A stretch of 64,000 nt of DNA, taken from the NCBI RefSeq assembly GCF_009914755.1, contig NC_060928.1. The stretch is one strand, 5' to 3'. A model generated the notes under the pieces. It saw nothing but the letters and a program-made list of their open reading frames with translations. It was not told where the DNA came from and did no database searches. This document shows, piece by piece, positions 52,876 through 64,000 of this stretch. Source of the DNA: the human T2T-CHM13v2.0 reference genome, Homo sapiens. The translations under genes were made by a program, and so were the position numbers. Every line of letters starts with the position of its first letter. The first letter of the stretch is position 1.

Positions 52876-55207
52876 AAAATGCCTTTTTGAATACAGACCT
52901 CCTCCTAACATGCATAATTTTCTGGATAAAGGAAGCTGTCATTATTTTCTTGAAGTGATACAGATGATGTGCTCCTTAGCTTATCACATGTTTTAGTGTT
53001 AAATAAAATTTGGTTTCATCTGCAGATTTGTAAAATAGAAACAAACAGTTAACACATTAATCTAAAGGAATGTCTTCATTTTAATAACTTCAAAATAGTT
53101 TTGAATTATGTATTAACTTACATTTTAATCATGCATAATAGGAAAGCTGGATGAAGCTTATTAAAATTATTCCTTGACATATTCAATGATAAAAAAGACA
53201 TGCTTTTGTGATTTTTCTGCAAATACTTCAAATATATTCAAATATCCAATTTTAAGCAGTAGAACTAAGGCTGTATAACTGTGGTCACGCATTTACGAAA
53301 TCCCTAAAACAAATTTCAATTTCTATTATATTATTTCAGGAATTAAGCACAGTTAACAATGGTATCAGACTCACAGCAGATGACATTACCTTTGCAGTTT
53401 TCTAAAAAAGAAGGGAGCAACACCAACCTTATCTCTTAAGGTTGAGGAATTCCTAACAGCATAAGTCATAATGAAGAGTATCAACATCCTGAGGTGACAC
53501 ATTCTTTAGCCAAAACTCTGTGGGGATTTTCAAAGTGGGAAATTCTTTTGTGTCTTTGAAACCAGGCAAATCAAAGGAATTTATTTTAATCTGGCTTAAG
53601 TCCAGGCCAGTGAGTGGCACTAATAAGGAACAAACACATTAGCACCAAAAGGAAATGATCATTAGAAAAGAAATCTTAATCTGTCCATAGCCCACAGGCT
53701 GAGATCTCCAAAGCCTTGTCACGGGACTTTAAATGTAAAAATCACATTCAAATGTGTAAAATGATAATGTACAAGAATATTTACATGTGAAAATTGGTGG
53801 TTTATGTGCATAATTGGTTAGCTGAATACCTTTTTGTTGGGAGTAGGGGGTGGAGTTCTCCTAGGAACTCTTGAGCTTGTGAAAGAAAAAGGAAGAGAAA
53901 AGTTTTATGTGAAAGCACTACATTTAAGAGTGGATTCATTTTTCAAATTGAAAGTTAAATATTAAGTTCTGAGAATTAAGTAAATTGGTTCTGATCTGAT
54001 TTATTTTAATGGTGGTTCTCTAATTTCTGGTTTTACTTTCTGGAACATCAAGAATATTGAGAATTAAAAGAAGGTGGGAAAGGGTGACAGGACAGGAGTA
54101 ACAGAAGACATTAAATACCAGACTTTAACCCTCCAGTCTCCTAGGGTTGGAAAGGAGAAATATTGTGAGATAAAAGTGAGAAGTTGGTAAGGATTTCTGA
54201 ATATGTGATAACTGCTGGGGTTATCAAAATAGTCCTAGCAAAATGGGTTTATAGTTTTCTATTCTAGAGAGTTCCTTGAAATGTCATCAGATGTATATTT
54301 ACTAATTTTTTCCATTGATAAAAGGATTTGGCTATCATCCTAGATTATAATGTGTTCTACATTAGCTATTGAGATGTAGTAAAAGCTGTTTTCATACATT
54401 TTTTGTAAGGCATCCTCCAAGTGATTCAATATCTGCAGTGCATCAGGAAAATGTGGTGATTAATATTGTATGATGTAGAACACGAAGAGCTCTTCTTTCA
54501 AGGAGCTACCTTAGGCAAAAAACAAAGTTTTAAAATCTGGAACTGAACACCACCAAATGTGCCTATACAGACAAACATGCTTACCATGTAATAATGGTTA
54601 TACAGCAAATTAAAGTGGTTATTGTGGGTTTTATAGAGTAAATATGGCACAAATGAAAAATCAAATTCAGGGTCCTCAAGCAGTGGTAGATGTAATTCAG
54701 TCTTGTTAGACTTGAGCCTGCTATGGAAATGTAGAGAACATCCTCATAACAAGCCTAATGGAACATATTTCTTTTAGGAATGTGAGTGACCTGGTGTCCT
54801 TAATTCCTGGAGAGGCATAGCTTAATGACATATTATTTTCACCTTTACCTGATTTTTTTCTAGCATGCTTTATGTTTATCTTATGTTAACCTATAAGGCT
54901 ATGCTAATTTTATGCACAGACAGCACATTCCTGTTTGACCTTATTTCCCTTCCTCTAACTCCTGCAGCTGTTGGGCCTAAAGTTCCTCACAGTGTAATTT
55001 TGTGCTGGATGTGGTCTGAGGATGGATGAATCCAAGATACTCAAATACATATTTTATGGTCCCCTGAGGCAAGGCAATTGAAAACCACTTGATTGGAGGA
55101 CATTTTGAAACACACCCATGCTTTTAAAATGCTTTGAATTATTGGAAACAAGAATTGCAGATATTCAACTTAGTAAACAGCAGCTGGAGGTAGAGATTGT
55201 CCTTTAA

Positions 55208-56718
<1,511 letters not shown>

Positions 56719-56873
56719 GATTGTAATATTGTATTTTTACATACCTTTTCTATGTTTAAATATGTTTAGATACACAAATACTTACCATTGTGTTACACTT
56801 GCCTACAATATTCAGTATATATATATATAGTAACATGCTGTACAGTTTGTAGCCTAGGAGCAATAGACTATAC
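56719..56873 (+). mobile_element. Tigger3a/MER7-like DNA transposon, central part
   Basis: tgtttagatacacaaatacttaccattgtgttac...gtaacatgctgtacag...agcctaggagcaatagactatac. Confidence 0.82.
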
Positions 56874-57475
<602 letters not shown>

Positions 57476-58754
57476 TAAATTCTTATGCTACATGGTATTG
57501 TCTCCAGTCCCCAAAACCAACCCCAACCTCCCCCTCCAAGGAAATGTGGCAGTGTAAAAGGTGACCAGGCTTGCAATGTGAAGGAAAACTGCTAGCATTT
57601 ACAATGCCATATACCAGCAGCAAGCGACCCGTGAAAGAGAAGAAACACTCGGCCCTGAATTTTTAAAATATAGTAGCACAGTTAACAGCACTGGAAATCA
57701 GAAAGCTGCAGTCCAGTCCTGGCTCAGCCATTAACTAGCTAAAGGACTAGGCAAATATGTAAATCCATGAGGTTAGACTAAAAGGCGACTTAAGGCACTG
57801 CCCGTTTGGTGATTCTAGAACTTTTCATAACAGACTTCACTAAGTTCAAAGAAAGAAGATATCATTGTGGGCAGGAAATGTCAGGGAAAACTGTGTGGAG
57901 GAGCTGTGGATTGGATTAGGCCCTAAAGGATGAGAAGGATTAAGTAGCAGGGGGGAAGGGATGGAATTGGAGGGGGAAGGGGGAAGCATAAGGAAACAGC
58001 TTTAACAAAAATGTAGGAACAGGAATGCACCCAGAGATATGCTAAGGTGTAGAGGGAGTTCCCACCAGATGGCAGAGATCTTATCTCTAAGGTAGGAAGT
58101 GAGATCCAGCTGCATAAAGAATCCCAAAGGAGGTGTTAAGGACTTAAGAAGTGGGGGAAAATTTTGGACCATTTCTTATAGGGGATGTGGAGGATGTGCT
58201 GGAGTCCCAACAAGGGATGTTGCAGCACAGCTGGGAAACCCTTTTAGTGTAGCCTGTGAAATGTTAGTGAGTTGATTTTACTGATTTTACTATCAGTACA
58301 AAGAATAGGGAGAAAATAGCTTGGAGCATGCTCTGGTGTTTTTGCTAGCATTCCCAGGACTTATTAACCAAGGGTAAATGACCACTGAAGCCAGTGGTTC
58401 TTATACACATGGCACAACCTGATCCCCACTCCTAGAAATTAGAGGTTTTTTATGAGAAATTCAAGGGAGCAGGGAGTCCATATTCTCCACTGGACACTGT
58501 GTTAGGAGGCTCACTCTGTGTTTCTTGTCCTCACTGGATTACTAACATCACTCTCTGCTCTTTACCATTTGCTTCAACTCCATAAACCCTCCTTGAGAGA
58601 TGTGAGTAGATGCCTGTGCAGGGCAAGCACTCCACTCACCCAGTCGCTGGGCTGGGGCTGAGGAGGAGGCAAGAGAGCAACTCTGGGGCATTAAATGTTA
58701 AGCAGCAAGTGCCTCTGCTTTCTAGTTCAGTCCTTTTTCTCCCCCTCCTCAGCT

Positions 58755-59310
58755 TTTGTTTTTTGTCTTTTAGAGACAGGGTCTCTCTCTGTCTCACTGG
58801 CTGGAGTGCAACAGCAGAATCCTGGCTCACTGCAGCCTTGATTTAGTAACTGTGTCTACAGACACATGCCACCAGGCCTGGCTAATTTTTTTTTTTTTTA
58901 ACTTTTTTTGAGACAGGGATCTGTTGATGTTGCCCAGGCTGGGCTCAAGCAGTCTTCCCACTTCTGTCTCCTAAAGTGCTGGGATCACAGGCCTGAACCA
59001 CTGCACCTTGCTCTTCTCTCCCCACCTCTTTGTTTGTTTGAGAGTCTCTCTCAGTTGCCCCAGCTGCAGTGCAGTGGAAATCGCTGCAGCCTCCAACTTG
59101 TAGGTTCAAATGATCCTCCTGTCTCAGCCTCCTGAGTAGCTAAGACTACAGGCATGCGCCACGATACCTGGCTAATTTTTGTATTTTTTGTAGAGAAGAG
59201 ATTTCATCATGCTGCCCAGGCTGGTCTTGAACTCCTGGGCTCAGGTGATCCTCCCACCTCAGGCTCCCAAAGTGCTGGGACTACAAGTGTGAACCTTTGC
59301 GCTGGCCTCC
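58755..59310 (-). mobile_element. Two degenerate AluJ elements
   Basis: Diverged Alu consensus with internal deletions. Confidence 0.8.
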
Positions 59311-59650
59311 CACTCTTCTAAGCAACACCTCCTGGCTATGCTGTCTCTATGACCACTGCCCTTCATTTCACGAATATGCTGTTCAGGAACCTGACAATAA
59401 GTCTGGTCTCTCCCTCTTCCCAGGTCTCCATCCCATATTATTTTCCTCGAGCCTCAGGCCATTTCCTTCAGAGAGCACATTGGTGCCTCCCAAAGCCTCA
59501 CCAAGGTGCTTCTCCCGGACTCGAAGAATGAGTCTTGCTTCATCTGCTGATATGGAATAAATGTGCAGGCAAGTGGTAGAAAGAGTTTTGGAGAAATCTC
59601 CAAACCCATAGATATTACAGTTGAGCGGACTAGATAGCTGGATACATATA

Positions 59651-59788
59651 CAGCCATGTGTCACTTAACAATAGGAATACATTCTGAGAAATGCATCATT
59701 AGCAATTTCATAATTGTGCAGACACCATAGAGTGTACCTACACAAACCTAGATGTTAGAGCCTACTACACACCCAGGCTACATGGTAT
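59651..59788 (-). mobile_element. Tigger3a/MER7-like terminal part, opposite orientation to 56719-56873
   Basis: TA then terminal cagccatgtgtcacttaac; reverse complement continues ataccatgtagcctgggtgtgtagtaggc exactly where the other piece stops. Confidence 0.82.
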
Positions 59789-60547
<759 letters not shown>

Positions 60548-61684
60548 CTAGACTGTGAACAGCTTGAGGACAGGACAATTACTGTGGCATGTCCTCTGCC
60601 TGGCATAGTAATTAGTCCCTAGTTAACGTTGGTTCACCTGCACTGAAGCCAAAGCCCCTTTCTGGGCCCCGGTTTCCTTTTGCCATAAAATAAAATATTT
60701 GCACCGGATGATTTCTAACATCCTTTCCAGTTCTAACATCCTATGGTTGATCTGAAGTTTCTTATAAATCAAAAGCAGAGGTAGCAAACTGTTAGCTTGT
60801 GAGCTGAGTTGGGTCCTCGTTGTTTTTGTTGTTTGTATTGTTATGAGTTTTTTTTTTTGGGGGGGCGTGTATTATGTTAAAAACTTTTAATGAGTTCCAG
60901 GGGCTAAAAGTCTTCATATTAAAGTACAGATTTTTAGCTTATCTCCAAAAAACAGGGCCCACTGAGCCTGCTTTCCCTCAGGCAGCCATTGGCTAGAGCA
61001 CTCTCATGTGGCTGCCACCTGCAAACTCAATTTAAGGTCCCTGTTCCCCCATCTCCAGGCCACAGTATATATTAAGTTTATAATCCCTGCTCTAAAGTTG
61101 CCCAAGAAAACTTACTAGAAAGTGAGGCAGTAGAAGGGAGAGTGAGGGGTTCATGTAAAGACAAGAGTAGAGATTTGAGGAGATGAAATATTGGAAGAAC
61201 ACATCTAACCTAGTAACGGTGGTCACCCCTAGAAATAGAGACACTGGAGGAGGGAGAAAGATGAAGATTTTTTTACTTTTTTTACCTCAAACTCTTATAT
61301 CCTAATAATCTACCAGTTGGGAAAATCCCAGATGAAGACTTGAAGGCATATCATCTTAGAAGTAGCTAATATTTATCTTGCCAGGGTTTAAAGTCTGATA
61401 GTGGACCACTGTATATGCCTTGTGGCAAGAATGACTTCCTGCCCTGCTTCCGCACCTCAATCCTGCCCCCCTCCAATCCCCTGGGCCCCATCATTAATTT
61501 ATTAAAGAAACTGGATTGTCCTGTGTCAAGTTTCACATTCTGGATATGTCTCATTGCTTCCTTGTGTTGTTTAACTTGTTTCACTGTCCTGCCACACACG
61601 TTTTTAAAGACTGAATTATGACCTTTCCAATGAATTAGTTAACTGGTAAGGGCTTCATGGAACTATTGTTAGTTGGCTCTGTAT

Positions 61685-62112
61685 TGTCTCACATGTCCAT
61701 GTGAAGAGACCACCAAACAGGCTTTGTGTGAGCAACAAGGCTGTTTATTTCACCTGGGTGCAGGCAGGCTGAGTCCGAAAAAGGAGTCAGCAAAGGGTGG
61801 TGGGATTATCATTAGTTCTTACAGGTTTTGGGATAGGCGGTAGAGTTTGGAGTAACGTTTTGCGGGCAGGGGTGGATCTCACAAAGTACATTCTCAAGGG
61901 TGGGGAGAATTATAAAGAAACTTCTTAAGGGTGGGGGAGATTACAAAGTACATTTATCAGGGTGGGGCAGAAACAAATTACAATGGTGGAATGTCATCAG
62001 TTAAGGCTATTTTCACTTCTTTTGTGGATCTTCAGTTGCTTCAGGCCATCTGGATGTATACGTGCAGGTCACTGGGGATATGATGGCTTAGCTTGGGCTC
62101 AGAGGCCTGACA
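61685..62112 (-). mobile_element. Solo HERV-H LTR (LTR7 family)
   Basis: Minus strand TGTCAGGCCTCTGAGCCCAAGCTAAGCCATC...AATAAACAGCCTTGTTGCTCACACAAAGCCTGTTTGGTGGTCTCTTCAC..ACA; 5-bp TSD TGTAT at 61680-61684 and 62113-62117. Confidence 0.95.
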
Positions 62113-62159
62113 TGTATCATGCCAATAATAATATAAATGTTTTCTTTTTTTTTTTCCTT

Positions 62160-62258
62160 AAGCAAGTCAAGTGAAGCAGTGGGAGTGGAGAAGGAACAAA
62201 GAAATCTGTAACTGGTTATAATCAATTTGTCATAAATACCACTGCACTTGGACTACCC
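62160..62258 (-). pseudogene. Y3 RNA (RNY3) retro-pseudogene
   Basis: Reverse complement matches hY3 (..gtccaagtgcagtggt..ccagttacagatttctttgttccttctccactcccactgcttcacttgact..); A tail seen as T-run at 62140-62156. Confidence 0.9.
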
Positions 62259-62259
62259 T

Positions 62260-63755
<1,496 letters not shown>

Positions 63756-64000
63756 ACAGCAGTGACTTTTCTCATCAGTAACTGTCAAACAGTATTAACA
63801 AAAGTCTACATTGATGAATCACCACGTGCTAGGCACATTTGCAGGTATTTTACACACATTAATTTATTTGATCTCATAAGAATCCTGTGAGGTGAGAGCT
63901 AATATAATCTCCTGTTTTATAGATGAGGAATTAGAAGCATAGAGAATTAAAGTAGTTAACTTTTGGACAGTTTATCATTTATTTAATAGGTAATCCATGG

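Noticed and set aside
53340-53440. Possible cassette exon (ttatttcAG|G...AAG|GTTGAG)
   Set aside because: Weak donor, 101 nt (frameshifting), no ankyrin-like coding signal
54765-54790. tttcttttAG-GAAT-GTGAGT, possible 4-nt microexon or recursive splice site
   Set aside because: Frameshifting length and not an AG|GT junction; no support without RNA data

Overview
Primate (very likely human) genomic DNA, AT-rich and very Alu-dense: about 80 Alu/FLAM/FAM elements or fragments by manual count, roughly one third of the window, plus old L1, L2, MIR, MaLR and DNA-transposon remnants. The only credible protein-coding sequence is a 72-nt phase-0 first exon in a CpG island (12504-12575, +) encoding MASPTSPAPEGGASTPPNPPRIRQ. 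I recognise this as the counterpart of the mouse ankyrin-B N-terminus (MASPTSPGPEGGACTPQNPPRIRQ-SDSNASFLRAARAG), i.e. a distal alternative first exon of ANK2. Everything downstream of 12575 would then be ANK2 intron. The GET1/WRB processed pseudogene (1-~205, -) and RPL32 processed pseudogene (44964-45525, +) fit my recollection of the LARP7-ANK2 interval at 4q25. The window also holds a solo HERV-H LTR7, a split MER41 LTR, a split Tigger3a, a split MADE1 and a Y3 RNA pseudogene. Best hunt results: (1) a ~3 kb inversion between two inverted Alus, reconstructable because it splits a MER41 LTR and its Tigger3a host into oppositely oriented halves; (2) a candidate divergent transcript from the ANK2 CpG island that could splice into the GET1 retrocopy; (3) SH3-ligand and proline-directed kinase motifs in the alternative ankyrin-B N-terminus. 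I see no evidence of a new multi-gene system. Family and subfamily names come from remembered consensus sequences, not a database search, and repeat boundaries are approximate.
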